A DNA stretch of 64,000 nucleotides, from assembly GCA_965207135.1 (NCBI GenBank), contig OZ242272.1, positions 2,750,544 through 2,814,543 of the forward strand, written 5' to 3'. Positions 39,697 to 50,113 of the stretch are shown here, one piece after another (position 1 is the stretch's first letter; every line of letters starts with the position of its first letter). The stretch is from Chloroflexota bacterium. Lineage in GTDB: Bacteria > Chloroflexota > UBA11872 > VXOZ01. The translations under genes and the position numbers were made by a program. The notes below the pieces were generated by a model. The model was not told the DNA's origin. It made no database searches and saw only the letters and a list, made by a program, of their open reading frames with translations.

Positions 39697-40410
39697 ATGG
39701 CAAGCAAGAAGGCGAAGAAAGACAAGGCAACGACAACGGAAGCGGAACCCAAGAGCGAGGCAGCAGCCGCTGACGCGAGCGACGGCGCTTCCGATTCTGC
39801 GGACTCTGCAGCGCAAGACGCAACGGAGCTCACCGCCGATTTGGCTGCGGCCCAGGAAGCGCTTGCGGCGAAGGATGAAGAGCTCCAGCAAGTTCGTGAA
39901 GCGCTTGCCCGCGCGCGGGCAGACTTCTCAAACTACCGGCGGCGCACCCAGCAGGAGCAAGAAGAGCAGGGGAAGTTTGCCACCGCGCTCCTCGTGGCGG
40001 AATTTCTCCCCATCCTCGACAACTTCGAACGGGCGTTGGATACTATTCCCCGCGAACTCCGTTTCTTTTCCTGGCTGCAGGGCATTGATCTGGTCCACCA
40101 AATGGCGCGCAACACGCTGGAGAAACGTGGGCTTGAACCGATCGACACCCATGAAAAGCCGTTCGATCCCAATTACCACGAAGTCGTAATGCGCGAGGGC
40201 GAGGACGACGGCAGCGACGTGGTGGTGCTCGAAGAACTGCAAAAGGGCTACGTAATGCACAGCCGCGTGCTGCGCCCCAGCCTCGTCAAAGTGGGGCCGC
40301 CCCCGGCTGAAGAGGAAGACTCCGCGGCACAAGACGAAGTAACCACTATCGATGCAGAGACTGCCTCAGAATCTGAGGCTCACGCCGAATCCGCATCCGA
40401 GCAATCCTAG
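39697..40410 (+). CDS. grpE: nucleotide exchange factor GrpE
   Basis: ADFSNYRRR, LPILDNFERAL, FDPNYHE and KGY..RVLRPSLVKV. Confidence 0.96.
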   Translation: MASKKAKKDKATTTEAEPKSEAAAADASDGASDSADSAAQDATELTADLAAAQEALAAKDEELQQVREALARARADFSNYRRRTQQEQEEQGKFATALLVAEFLPILDNFERALDTIPRELRFFSWLQGIDLVHQMARNTLEKRGLEPIDTHEKPFDPNYHEVVMREGEDDGSDVVVLEELQKGYVMHSRVLRPSLVKVGPPPAEEEDSAAQDEVTTIDAETASESEAHAESASEQS

Positions 40411-40434
40411 GTCAAGCCGGTGAACTGAGAATAG

Positions 40435-41556
40435 ATGAGCACAAAAGCCGATTACTACGAGACCCTCGGCGTCAGCCGTGACGCATCTGAAGCAGAGATC
40501 AAGCAGGCCTTTCGCGCGTTGGCCCGGCAGTATCATCCTGACGTGAACAAGTCACCGGATGCCGAGGGCCGTTTCAAGGAGATCAACGAGGCCTACGAGA
40601 CCCTGCGCGATCCGCAAAAGCGGCGCGCCTACGACCTCTTCGGCCATAGCAACGGGCGCGCCGGCGGCATACCTCGCGGCGTTGACCCCGCGGACATGGG
40701 CGGTATCGGCGATATCTTCGAAGCCTTCTTCGGCGCGGGTGCACGTCCTTCAGCCCGTTCCGGCCCGGAGACCGGCGCCGACTTGCGCATGGACCTGACA
40801 CTCGACTTTGCGGAAGCGGTTTTTGGCGCGGAAAAGGATATCGAAGTCGCTCGGCTCGAGTCATGCGGGGGCTGCTCCGGCAGCGGCGCGGAGCCGGGCA
40901 GCAAGATCAGCACCTGCCCCTCCTGCAAAGGGCAGGGCCAAGTGCGGCGCATGCAATCGAACTTCTTCGGCCAATTCACTACCGTTGCCACGTGCTCCCG
41001 CTGCGACGGCCGAGGCAAGGTGCCCACCGTACGCTGCGGCACCTGCAACGGCAGCGGCCGCACCAAGCAAAACCGCACCATATCCGTCAAGATTCCGGCC
41101 GGCGTCGATACGGGGCTGCGCATCCGCCTGGGCGGACAGGGCGAAGCCGGCCCGAGAAACGGGCCGCGCGGCGACCTCTACGTTTTCGTAACGGTGCGCC
41201 CTGATGAACGCTTCCAGCGTGAAGACGACGACATTCACCTGGACTACGGCATCAATTTTGCGCAGGCAGCGATGGGCGATACGGTTGCGGTACCGACGCT
41301 GGAAGGCGACGAGAGCATGGATATTCCGCCCGGCACGCAGTCCGGGTCGGTGTTTACGCTGCGCCGGCGCGGTGTGCCGCACTTGAACGGCGGCGGCCGC
41401 GGGGATCAGCACGTTCACGTGCACGTGGAGGTGCCGAAACGCCTCTCAGCGCAGCAAAAGGAATTGCTTGAAGCGCTGTCCAAGACCTTTGGCCGCACAG
41501 CAGGCACGCCGGGCGACAAAGGGTTCTTCGACAAGATGAAGGATGCGCTGGGGTGA
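40435..41556 (+). CDS. dnaJ: molecular chaperone DnaJ
   Basis: J domain with HPD, four CxxCxGxG repeats and C-terminal domain. Confidence 0.97.
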   Translation: MSTKADYYETLGVSRDASEAEIKQAFRALARQYHPDVNKSPDAEGRFKEINEAYETLRDPQKRRAYDLFGHSNGRAGGIPRGVDPADMGGIGDIFEAFFGAGARPSARSGPETGADLRMDLTLDFAEAVFGAEKDIEVARLESCGGCSGSGAEPGSKISTCPSCKGQGQVRRMQSNFFGQFTTVATCSRCDGRGKVPTVRCGTCNGSGRTKQNRTISVKIPAGVDTGLRIRLGGQGEAGPRNGPRGDLYVFVTVRPDERFQREDDDIHLDYGINFAQAAMGDTVAVPTLEGDESMDIPPGTQSGSVFTLRRRGVPHLNGGGRGDQHVHVHVEVPKRLSAQQKELLEALSKTFGRTAGTPGDKGFFDKMKDALG

Positions 41557-42422
41557 ACCAGGTCTGGTTCGGCGATAACCTGCCCATCCTCGAACATTTC
41601 CCCGACGAATCATTCCCGCTCATCTACATTGATCCTCCCTTCAACACCGGCAAGGCCCGCAATTATACCCGCCTGCGTACGGTCGCTGCCGCAAATGGCG
41701 ACCGCACGGGGTTTCAGGGCAAGCGGTACCAGACAACACCCGCCGGCAGTCACACGTATGCCGACGAGTTCGACGACTTTCTTACATTCTTGGAACCGCG
41801 CCTGCAAGCAGCCTATCGCGTGCTGGCCCCACACGGCACGCTGTATTTCCACATCGATTACCGGGAAGTTCATTACTGCAAGGTGCTGCTTGACCGGGTT
41901 TTCGGCCGCGACTGCTTCCTGAACGAGATCATCTGGGCCTATGACTACGGCGGTCGCACTAAACGGAAGTGGCCCCCAAAACACGACAATATCCTTGTTT
42001 ATGTAAAGGATCCCGTCAACTATGTCTTCAACGCGGATGCTGTCGACCGCATTCCGTACATGGCTCCCGGCCTCGTGGGACCGGACAAAGCAGCGCGTGG
42101 CAAGCTCCCTACCGATGTTTGGTGGCATACCATCGTGCCGACTAATGGCAGCGAGCGCACGGGTTATCCCACACAGAAGCCGCTAGGCATCCTGCGGCGC
42201 ATCATCAAGGCCTCGTCGCAGCCGGGCGATACCGTGCTCGACTTCTTTGCGGGCAGCGGCACCACCGGCATGGCGGCCCACGAATGCGGCCGCTCCTTTG
42301 CGCTCATTGACGACAACCCGCAAGCCATCGCGATTATGCGGCAGCGCTTTCGTGTCATCCCGAACACTTGCTTTCTTGACCTCGCAAAGTCCCCAACGGC
42401 CGCGGGCCCAGAAAGCGGTTAA
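41553..42422 (+). CDS. orphan N6A/N4C DNA methyltransferase (beta class)
   Basis: IYIDPPF (motif IV), YPTQKP and DFFAGSGT (motif I); GTGA overlap with dnaJ. Confidence 0.9.
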   Translation: MNQVWFGDNLPILEHFPDESFPLIYIDPPFNTGKARNYTRLRTVAAANGDRTGFQGKRYQTTPAGSHTYADEFDDFLTFLEPRLQAAYRVLAPHGTLYFHIDYREVHYCKVLLDRVFGRDCFLNEIIWAYDYGGRTKRKWPPKHDNILVYVKDPVNYVFNADAVDRIPYMAPGLVGPDKAARGKLPTDVWWHTIVPTNGSERTGYPTQKPLGILRRIIKASSQPGDTVLDFFAGSGTTGMAAHECGRSFALIDDNPQAIAIMRQRFRVIPNTCFLDLAKSPTAAGPESG

Positions 42423-42427
42423 GGCAC

Positions 42428-43345
42428 ATGAGCGCACCCAAGCGCTGGTTGGAACTTTCCGTGCGGGCGCATCAGGAAGCGGCGGAAACGGTGGCGGCGC
42501 TCCTCCACAAGTGGGGCGACGGCGGGGTCGCGATCTTCCAAGAGCACGCGCAAGAATCACTCGACCACGCGCCGCAGCCGGTAGGCTCAAGGCTTACGCT
42601 CACCACATATCTTCCCGATACTGCCGCACTGGCTGCACGGCGCGACGGCCTGGAGAAGGACCTCTGGCACCTGCACGCCTTTCACGGCGACTTGGTAGGC
42701 GACCTCGCCACCCAATGGGTTGCGGAAGAGGACTGGGCCAATGCGTGGAAGCAATTTTATACCGTGCTGCACGTCGGTAAGCGCCTGGTCGTCAAACCGC
42801 GCTGGCAAGAATATGAGCCCAAGCCGGATGAAGTCGTCATCGCGCTCGACCCGGGCATGGCCTTTGGCACCGGCACCCACCCGACTACTCAGCTCTGCCT
42901 GGAAGCCCTCGAAAGACTGCGGGTAGCCGGCACGCAAGTGCTGGACGTGGGCACGGGTTCGGCCATCTTGGCCATCGCCGCCGCCAAGCTCGGCGCGGCC
43001 CACGTTAACGCGCTGGATACGGATCCCGTCGCCGTGGCCGCTGCCCGCGACAACGTGGCGCAAGCAGGGCTCAACGACACCATTACTGTACGTGAGGGTT
43101 CGCTCTCGTTGCCCGATTCCCCATCCACCTATGACATCGTGCTTGCTAATATCACGGCTTGGACTCTCTGCACGTTGGCGGCAGAACTGCGGGCGGCGCT
43201 TGCGCCGCGCAGTCGCCTGCTCGCCTGTGGCATCATTGATCAGAAGGCGGATGAAGTTGTCGCAGCCTTCGCTGCGGTGGGGCTTGATGTCTTGGGCCGC
43301 CAAGAGGCGAGCGATTGGGTGCTCTTGGAAGTAGGCGTGCGTTAG
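42428..43345 (+). CDS. prmA: ribosomal protein L11 methyltransferase
   Basis: EEDWANAWK, DPGMAFGTGTHPTT, LDVGTGS and ANI. Confidence 0.95.
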   Translation: MSAPKRWLELSVRAHQEAAETVAALLHKWGDGGVAIFQEHAQESLDHAPQPVGSRLTLTTYLPDTAALAARRDGLEKDLWHLHAFHGDLVGDLATQWVAEEDWANAWKQFYTVLHVGKRLVVKPRWQEYEPKPDEVVIALDPGMAFGTGTHPTTQLCLEALERLRVAGTQVLDVGTGSAILAIAAAKLGAAHVNALDTDPVAVAAARDNVAQAGLNDTITVREGSLSLPDSPSTYDIVLANITAWTLCTLAAELRAALAPRSRLLACGIIDQKADEVVAAFAAVGLDVLGRQEASDWVLLEVGVR

Positions 43346-43472
43346 CGGGGTTCGGGGTTGTCGCGGCGTGCCGCTGCCAGCCTGCAATCGAGCAAGCTCC
43401 GCAAGGATCTTCCAGTTTTAGCACTGAAGCCTTGCTGCGTTATGCATAGACCGATATGCTTCGCCCTAATCC

Positions 43473-43497
43473 GGTAGCGCAGGTTTGAAACCTGCGC
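43473..43497. repeat. GTAG-type REP palindrome
   Basis: ggtagcgcaggtttgaaacctgcgc; near-identical copy at 50159-50182. Confidence 0.7.
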
Positions 43498-43658
43498 ACA
43501 ACTGGTATGGGAACCTGCCCCAGAGTCCGCCACGAGCTAACTGTGACAATGTCAGTTGCCGATCTTTCGCGACGCACTCCGCGCTTGTGCAGAGCATGCG
43601 AGGAGAACCAAGAATACGCGTCTACATCACTATTCCCTGGTAGAAAGGATCACGCACT

Positions 43659-45770
43659 ATGTCAGGACAGGCGCAGCGAGTGTACGTCATTGGCCTCGAC
43701 GGCATGATGTTTCCCATGTACGAACGATTTGCGAACGAGGGATTGCTGCCAAACCTCAAGAAGCTGGCGGACGCCGGTATAGTCGGTGAAGCGTATCCTT
43801 CAATGCCGGTGTGGACGCCCACCAACTGGACCACCCTGGCTACGGGCGCGCACACCGGCACCCACAGCGTTTCGCGTTGGTTTCTCAACTTGCCGAATCC
43901 CCGAGATGAGGAGCAGACCCTTTCCGCGTTCATACGCCCCGCGGCGGCGGCGGAAAACGTCTTTGAGGCAGCCGCGAAAGCGGGGCGCAAGAGCGTTGCT
44001 ATTCACTACCCGGCGGCGTCTCCCAGCCAATCACCGCTTGCCCACGTCATCGACGGCTTCGGCCATCCCAGCTATGGCACCACACCGTTCGAGGTCACGC
44101 CCGCATGGGGCTACACTAATATTGAAGATGTCACCAACAGCACGCGCATTGCCCTGCAGCCTGCCCAGACATCGTCAGAGCCGCAAGCCAGCGTGCAAGG
44201 CGCCCTCTTGGCAACCGCCAGCCAGCCGCCCCTTTCGCAAGAAACGTGGCAGCACCTGCCGGAGCGCGCCGCGGATGGAAATCCGCCGCTGGAGTTTCCC
44301 ATCGAAATCATCACGAAGCGCGCTGGAGAGAATCAGACCCTCTGGGGTCTGGTGCTGGACACGCAAGGCGCCGGCTACGACACGATCGCCATTTGCGCTG
44401 AGCGTGACGGACAATCGGAGCTTGGGCGCACGCGCGTTGGCGGCTGGAGCTCGTGGATCTACCGCTCATTCACGGTCGAGGGCAAAGAACAAAAAGCTGC
44501 CTTTCGCTGCAAGGCCATCGAGCTGACCCCCGATGCCAGCCGTCTCCTCCTCTATCGCTCTCAAGTCATGCACACTAATGATTTCTGCGAACCGCCGGAA
44601 TTGAGTCAAAGCCTGGTCGAACGCTTTGGGCCGTATCTCGAACATGCGTCGGTTTTCCCATACGTATGGGGAATTGCCGATCTGGACACCTGCCTTGAGG
44701 AGATTGAGTACCAATGCCAATGGATCGCTCGTGTCGGGAAATATCTCCTCGAGGAGCAAGACTACGCGTTGCTCTATACGCACATCCACATATTCGACTA
44801 CATTAACCATCACTTCCTGCCGCTCGTTGATCCGGAGTGTCCCGGGTATCGTGAAGAAGACGCCGCGGAAGGTTGGCGCGCGTATCGCGAGTCATACAGA
44901 GTTGCCGACCGTCTCTTCGGCAAACTGCTGGAGGACTCGCCGGAAGACACGGCGGTCATTGTCGTCTCAGACCACGCCGCCATTCCCCAGTTCCGTGCCA
45001 CCGACATACCGCGCTTGCTCCACGACAACGGCTACTTGGCTTACACGGAGCCGGTGGCCCACTTTGACCCCAACGAAGACTTCACCAAGATAGATATGGA
45101 ACGCACCCAGGTCTTCATCACGCCTGTGCGCAACTACGAACTCTTCATCAATGCGCCGGAAGGGTCTGCTGAATACGTGCGCATACAGCGCGAGGTAATT
45201 ACGCTGCTGCGCTCGTGGGTGGATCAAGAGACCGGACAGTGTCCCGTGGCCGTTGCGCTGCCCAAGTACCACGCTGCCCTCTTTGGCAGTTGGGGCGATC
45301 AGTGCGGTGACATTGTGTACGCCATGGAAGACGGCTTTGTGAGCGGCTATCCCGGCGGCGACGCTGCCGGGCAAGACCCATACGTCTTCAAGCCGTCTGA
45401 GTACGGCGCGCATCACGGACCGTATCTGCCGACCGCGCGTACTGCTCAATCCTCCAACATGGCATTCCTCTTGTCGCATGGTCCCGGCTTGAAAGAAGGC
45501 TATCGGCGTCCGGTGGATAGGTTGGGCTACGTGCACCTTACGAGCGTGGTGCCGGTTGTCTGTCACCTGCTCGGCATCGAACCGCCCGCGCAGTGCCAGG
45601 GCGCGCTGCCGCGTGACTATCTGGAAGGCATTGCGCCCACCGCCGATCGCGCCTCACATCTGCCAACCTGGGAATGGGGCACGGGGGTGGACGGCTGGGG
45701 CGACCGCGTATGGACCCAAAAGCGCGACATGTTCGAAGGATTCATGCCGGGCTATGAACGCAAGGACTAA
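43659..45770 (+). CDS. alkaline phosphatase superfamily (nucleotide pyrophosphatase/phosphodiesterase-like) protein
   Basis: IGLDG, WTPTNWTTLATG, DYINH, VSDH and AHH motifs. Confidence 0.85.
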   Translation: MSGQAQRVYVIGLDGMMFPMYERFANEGLLPNLKKLADAGIVGEAYPSMPVWTPTNWTTLATGAHTGTHSVSRWFLNLPNPRDEEQTLSAFIRPAAAAENVFEAAAKAGRKSVAIHYPAASPSQSPLAHVIDGFGHPSYGTTPFEVTPAWGYTNIEDVTNSTRIALQPAQTSSEPQASVQGALLATASQPPLSQETWQHLPERAADGNPPLEFPIEIITKRAGENQTLWGLVLDTQGAGYDTIAICAERDGQSELGRTRVGGWSSWIYRSFTVEGKEQKAAFRCKAIELTPDASRLLLYRSQVMHTNDFCEPPELSQSLVERFGPYLEHASVFPYVWGIADLDTCLEEIEYQCQWIARVGKYLLEEQDYALLYTHIHIFDYINHHFLPLVDPECPGYREEDAAEGWRAYRESYRVADRLFGKLLEDSPEDTAVIVVSDHAAIPQFRATDIPRLLHDNGYLAYTEPVAHFDPNEDFTKIDMERTQVFITPVRNYELFINAPEGSAEYVRIQREVITLLRSWVDQETGQCPVAVALPKYHAALFGSWGDQCGDIVYAMEDGFVSGYPGGDAAGQDPYVFKPSEYGAHHGPYLPTARTAQSSNMAFLLSHGPGLKEGYRRPVDRLGYVHLTSVVPVVCHLLGIEPPAQCQGALPRDYLEGIAPTADRASHLPTWEWGTGVDGWGDRVWTQKRDMFEGFMPGYERKD

Positions 45771-45786
45771 AGTAAGCGTGAATCAT

Positions 45787-45818
45787 AAGAGCCGTGCAGG
45801 TCCTGCACGGCTCTTTTT
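45787..45818 (+). terminator. intrinsic terminator
   Basis: aagagccgtgcagg-t-cctgcacggctctt followed by T-run. Confidence 0.85.
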
Positions 45819-45889
45819 GATGTTCCAGCTTTGTTGCCGCTTGCCTGCGCTCTCATGGAGGCGCGGCAGGGCTCCGACCGGGGGACAGT

Positions 45890-46306
45890 CTAAATTGAGT
45901 TGGGAATGTTCGCCGTAATGACGCCCCGTAATTCATCGCCGCCGCCGGTTATCATGAATTCATAGATCCCCGGTACAAGGACGAGCTCAATAGTGTAGCT
46001 CTGTCCGGCAGAGACCGACACGGTCTGTTCATCAAGAGTTTCGCCGGAAATCGTGAACATCCGTGACTGCTGGGCCTTGTTTTCAATAACCAGGTGCACC
46101 GGTCCCCGCGGCACGGCAATGGCGGTCGGCGACGCGCCCTCGCTGCTGATGGTCACAACAACATTTGCCGGTTCCTGCTCCGACACTTCTAGTTCACCAA
46201 GAACCAACGCCTCATCCAGTGGTCTATCTGATGCCGTAGGACCAATACGGCATCCGCCAAAACCAATGACCATCAGCACAAGCAGTATGCTTGTCGCTCT
46301 TCTCAT
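45890..46306 (-). CDS. cupredoxin-fold lipoprotein lacking the copper ligands
   Basis: FGGC lipobox; PTAIAVPRGPVHLVIEN..PGIYEF with no Cys/His at the ligand positions. Confidence 0.6.
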   Translation of the reverse strand: MRRATSILLVLMVIGFGGCRIGPTASDRPLDEALVLGELEVSEQEPANVVVTISSEGASPTAIAVPRGPVHLVIENKAQQSRMFTISGETLDEQTVSVSAGQSYTIELVLVPGIYEFMITGGGDELRGVITANIPNSI

Positions 46307-46448
46307 GAAACCCTCCACGTCTCGTAATTGTCAGCCGCGACCGCCCACACGCCATTCCACCCACATGCGCGGGCACATTCTCGTACATCTATTGCACCAT
46401 AGAGTATCACTTTGCGTGAGATTCTGCATCCCCCTCTCTCCGCAATTG

Positions 46449-47303
46449 TCAGGGGCTCGTATTCGAAGCAGGTGGCAATGCCGCGTCAGCCACGGCCTGC
46501 AGCGAACGCGGCAACTCCCGCAGTGCCGAATGATTGCCTTTGCCGTGACGCTTCACACTTATGATTTCCGCCATAACGGCCACAGCGATTTCTTGTGGCG
46601 TCTGCGCATTAATGGCCAGCCCAACCGGCGCGTAGACGCGCCTAAGCTGCTCCTGTGTCACCCCTTCTTCCAAGAGTCTTCGGTAAACGGTGAGGACCCG
46701 CCGCTTGCTTCCAATCATACCAATGTACGGCGCCGGCGAATCCGCGACTTGCTTGAGCACCTCTTCATCATGCTCATGCGCTCGCGTCACCAACACCAAG
46801 TAGGTGGTGCGGTCAATTGCCACCTGCGCGGGCACTGCCCCAAACGGGATACAACTCACTTCATCAGCCTGAGGAAACCGCTCGCGCGTGGCGAAGTCCG
46901 TCCGGTCGTCCACCACGATAACCTCGAATCCCAGCAATTTGCCGATTTCATGCAGAGGAACGGCAATGTGCCCGGCCCCGATTACTAGCAACCTGTCAGG
47001 CGGCAACAGCGGCTCGAAGAGCAGTTCGACATACGCGCGGCTGCGCCGCGGCGCCGGCGTACCATCCGGCAAGTACCGCTCAAGGTGAGGCTCACCCCGG
47101 TCGATCACTCTGTCCGCCAGAGCGCTTGCGATGCGGTCCAGCACTTCATAGCCCAACGAGCCCTGGCAAGTGCCACCGGTGACGAGCAGTTTAGACCCCA
47201 GCGTTGCCGCCTCGTCCCAGCCTCGGGCACGCACCACGGTAACCATCACTGCCGATTCACGCCGCCGCAGCGTCTCAGTCGCCTGTCGAGCCAAGTCTAG
47301 CAC
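46449..47303 (-). CDS. XdhC family molybdenum-hydroxylase accessory protein (with Rossmann domain)
   Basis: GAGHIA, VDDR, VTRAHEHD, YIGMIGS and APVGLAI..TPQEIAVA. Confidence 0.9.
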   Translation of the reverse strand: MLDLARQATETLRRRESAVMVTVVRARGWDEAATLGSKLLVTGGTCQGSLGYEVLDRIASALADRVIDRGEPHLERYLPDGTPAPRRSRAYVELLFEPLLPPDRLLVIGAGHIAVPLHEIGKLLGFEVIVVDDRTDFATRERFPQADEVSCIPFGAVPAQVAIDRTTYLVLVTRAHEHDEEVLKQVADSPAPYIGMIGSKRRVLTVYRRLLEEGVTQEQLRRVYAPVGLAINAQTPQEIAVAVMAEIISVKRHGKGNHSALRELPRSLQAVADAALPPASNTSP

Positions 47304-47504
47304 TGGCGACCACCATTGAAATCCATACGGTTACTCACGTTCATAGTCAACTGTAGAACCGTCCTTGCATCGAACTCGTGTGTTCGCGAGAGAGGAGCTT
47401 CCTGGCACTGCGGTCTTGCACCGGCCCTGGATTGCGAGGTGAAACGGACCTGGGAGTTCGCGCACACTACAAGGCTATGGCACGTCGCGTGAAAGCAAGA
47501 CCAC

Positions 47505-47849
47505 CTATGCGCCGGCCGCGCTCGCGCCGTTCTCTCGCGCGCTTTCCGGTTGCCAAACGTCAACAAAGACGGTGAGGGTACCACCGCAAACGTCGCCCAT
47601 CACGTCATCATTCAGGTCCACCTCGACGATGCGGGAAGCGCGCTGGCGCAGTGCGGCAATTGCTTCCTTCCACACCTCAGCCTCGACGCATCCACCGCCA
47701 ATAGTGCCCTGGGTCCGCCCGTCCTCATGCACCAAGAGCTTCGCGCCCACCTTCTGCGGCGTGGAACCGCGTGTTTGTATGACGGTGGCTACCGCCAGGC
47801 ACTCCGCTCGTTCCAAACGTATGACGACGTCGTCATATACTGTGCGCAT
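47505..47849 (-). CDS. stand-alone XdhC/CoxI N-terminal domain protein
   Basis: ATVIQTRGSTP..GAKL..GTIGGGCVE..CGG. Confidence 0.85.
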   Translation of the reverse strand: MRTVYDDVVIRLERAECLAVATVIQTRGSTPQKVGAKLLVHEDGRTQGTIGGGCVEAEVWKEAIAALRQRASRIVEVDLNDDVMGDVCGGTLTVFVDVWQPESARENGASAAGA

Positions 47850-47992
47850 GCGCCGCAATCCTCCCGTCTGCACAAACCATCTTCATGATAGAGAAGCACC
47901 TGGTGGCGGTCAAAGCAACAAAACGCCGCCTATGCGTAGCTATGTAGAATAATCGCAGCGCATTTGGCGAACTTCACGGAATCCTGGCCAAC

Positions 47993-48334
47993 TTAACCTG
48001 GGGGCCAGCCCAATTTTCGTCCGCCGAGGAGATGGAGGTGGAGGTGGTCTACGGACTGTCCTGCCGCGCGGCCGCAGTTGAAAACAAGCCGGTAACCGGA
48101 ACTCCCAATGCCTTCCTGCTCTGCGATCGCATTTGCAGCGAGGAACATCTCGCCCAACAGCGGCGTGTGTTCCTCATTGAGTGTGGCGACCGATTCAATG
48201 TGCTCGCGCGGGACGATGAGGACATGCGTCGGCGCCTGTGGCGTAATGTCGCGAAATGCCACTATCTGGTCGCTCTCGTAGACCAATTCTGTAGGCAGGC
48301 TACGGTCGACAATTCCGCAAAAGATGCAGTCCAT
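47993..48334 (-). CDS. hinT: histidine triad (HIT) nucleotide-binding protein
   Basis: DCIFCGI, FRDITPQAPTH and HLHLHLLGGR..WPPG. Confidence 0.95.
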   Translation of the reverse strand: MDCIFCGIVDRSLPTELVYESDQIVAFRDITPQAPTHVLIVPREHIESVATLNEEHTPLLGEMFLAANAIAEQEGIGSSGYRLVFNCGRAAGQSVDHLHLHLLGGRKLGWPPG

Positions 48335-48445
48335 CGCGTCACCTCACTTCCCTGCTATGGCTACTCTGCTGCGCCGGCTACCCCCAATTGACTGAAATTG
48401 GTGTGCAAAGTGGGCCAACTCACCTATAGCCGCAACGCTTTCGCG

Positions 48446-49867
48446 TTACACATCGCCTTCCGGTGGGCTTGGAACAGTCGTCTGGGTATTGCAAGCGAGC
48501 GCACGTCCCGGCACATCTTCAAGTATTTCCCCCAGAGAGCCGTCCTTGTACAATCCCACAATCCGCATGCTCTGTATGATGCCCGTAGTAATCGTATCAC
48601 TCTTGACGTACACGCGCAGGTAGTTATCGGTGCAACCCCGCCAGTATCCTTCTGACTTTCCCTCCCACACCACGTCCAGTGCCGCGCCAAGAAACCTCTG
48701 AGTGTAAGCCCGGCGGAGCCCCGGCACCTTGGCAATGAGACTCTGCACCCGCTGCTTGCGCACGCCAAACGGCACCTGAGCATCGAAGTGCGCAGCGCTC
48801 GTCCGCGGGCGAATTGAATAAGGAAAGACGTGGAGATCGGCGAATCCAATCTCATCAATGAAGGCGGCAGTCTCGTCAAAGTGCTCCGCAGTCTCGCCAG
48901 GAAAACCAACGAGCACGTCAGTCGTAAGCGCGATGTCCGGACACACTTCGCGCGCCCGCTGCACGATTCTACGGTATTCAGCAAGGGTGTGGCGCCGATT
49001 CATGCGCTGCAAGATGTGCGGACTGCCGCTCTGTAACGGCAGGTGCAGGTGCCGGCAAATGCGCGGCAGTGCAAACAACTCCAGGAAAGTATAGTCGAAG
49101 TGCATCGGGTTGATGGAACTAATGCGTATCCGGGGGATATCGGTCTCCGCAAGAAGCCTCCGGATGAGCGCCGTCAACGCGCTACCTGTAGCCGGGTCTT
49201 CATAGTCGCCAATGCAGACACCAGTGAGCACCACCTCCGCCACATCTTGGGCGTGGAGGTCCCGCACACGCTGCACGACCTCGGTCGCAGGCAGCGATAC
49301 CGAACGGCCCCGCGCGCGGGGCACGATGCAGTACGCGCACGCATGCCAGCAGCCATCCTGGACTTTCACAAAAACCCGGCTGCGCGAGCGCTTAGCCGCG
49401 GGTTGCACCAGCGCCGCATATGCCAGTTCCTCCGGTGAGAGCGGCTCGGGAATGGACACACCGCGCTCGCGCAGCGCCCCGGAGACGATGTCCACCAACT
49501 CTCTATGCCGGTCTCGCTGGACCACGAGGGCGCCGGGCACCACTGCCTCCGCTTCCGCGGGGGACACCGCAGCATAGCATCCGGTGACCACCACGATGCC
49601 AGCGGGAACTGCAGCCTGAGCGCGGCGGATCATCTGGCGGGACTTGCGGTCGGCCACGTGCGTCACCGTGCAGGTGTTCACGACGCTCACTTCCGCCGCT
49701 TCGCCAAACGGCACCGTCGTGAAGCCCGCCTGCGCAAAGCGCTCGCGTATCTCTTCAGATTCGGCCTGGTTGACCTTGCAGCCCAACGTCAGCACCGCGC
49801 AGCGGGGGGCGCTCGCAAGGCCCAGCGCGGGTTCAGTTTGCTCATGTTCTACGAAAGTGACTGACAT
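48446..49867 (-). CDS. mtaB: tRNA t6A methylthiotransferase MtaB (radical SAM)
   Basis: TLGCKVNQAES, NTCTVT..DRKSRQ, KVQDGCWHACAYC, HVFPYS and TDNY. Confidence 0.9.
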   Translation of the reverse strand: MSVTFVEHEQTEPALGLASAPRCAVLTLGCKVNQAESEEIRERFAQAGFTTVPFGEAAEVSVVNTCTVTHVADRKSRQMIRRAQAAVPAGIVVVTGCYAAVSPAEAEAVVPGALVVQRDRHRELVDIVSGALRERGVSIPEPLSPEELAYAALVQPAAKRSRSRVFVKVQDGCWHACAYCIVPRARGRSVSLPATEVVQRVRDLHAQDVAEVVLTGVCIGDYEDPATGSALTALIRRLLAETDIPRIRISSINPMHFDYTFLELFALPRICRHLHLPLQSGSPHILQRMNRRHTLAEYRRIVQRAREVCPDIALTTDVLVGFPGETAEHFDETAAFIDEIGFADLHVFPYSIRPRTSAAHFDAQVPFGVRKQRVQSLIAKVPGLRRAYTQRFLGAALDVVWEGKSEGYWRGCTDNYLRVYVKSDTITTGIIQSMRIVGLYKDGSLGEILEDVPGRALACNTQTTVPSPPEGDV

Positions 49868-50113
49868 GCTACGGCCTGTGCAAATTGTTGCTACGCCACC
49901 AAGGCGCTAAGCAGAAATCAAAGACGACTCGCTATTCGCCGTTCCTACTACTAATACTACACCGCTCTGCCGCGATGGGTTCCAGCGGAACGCCAGCGGA
50001 ATTTGAAGCGCCTTGTCCGGGTAGGCGTTCACTGCGGAAGCCAGGAATTGAGGAAAGACCCCAATTCTCTCGCATTCAAGGAGAACTTGAGGATCTCGGG
50101 ATGTAGTCAGAGT

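Noticed and set aside
46053-46988. 311-aa plus-strand ORF
   Set aside because: Antisense shadow of the XdhC and cupredoxin-like genes
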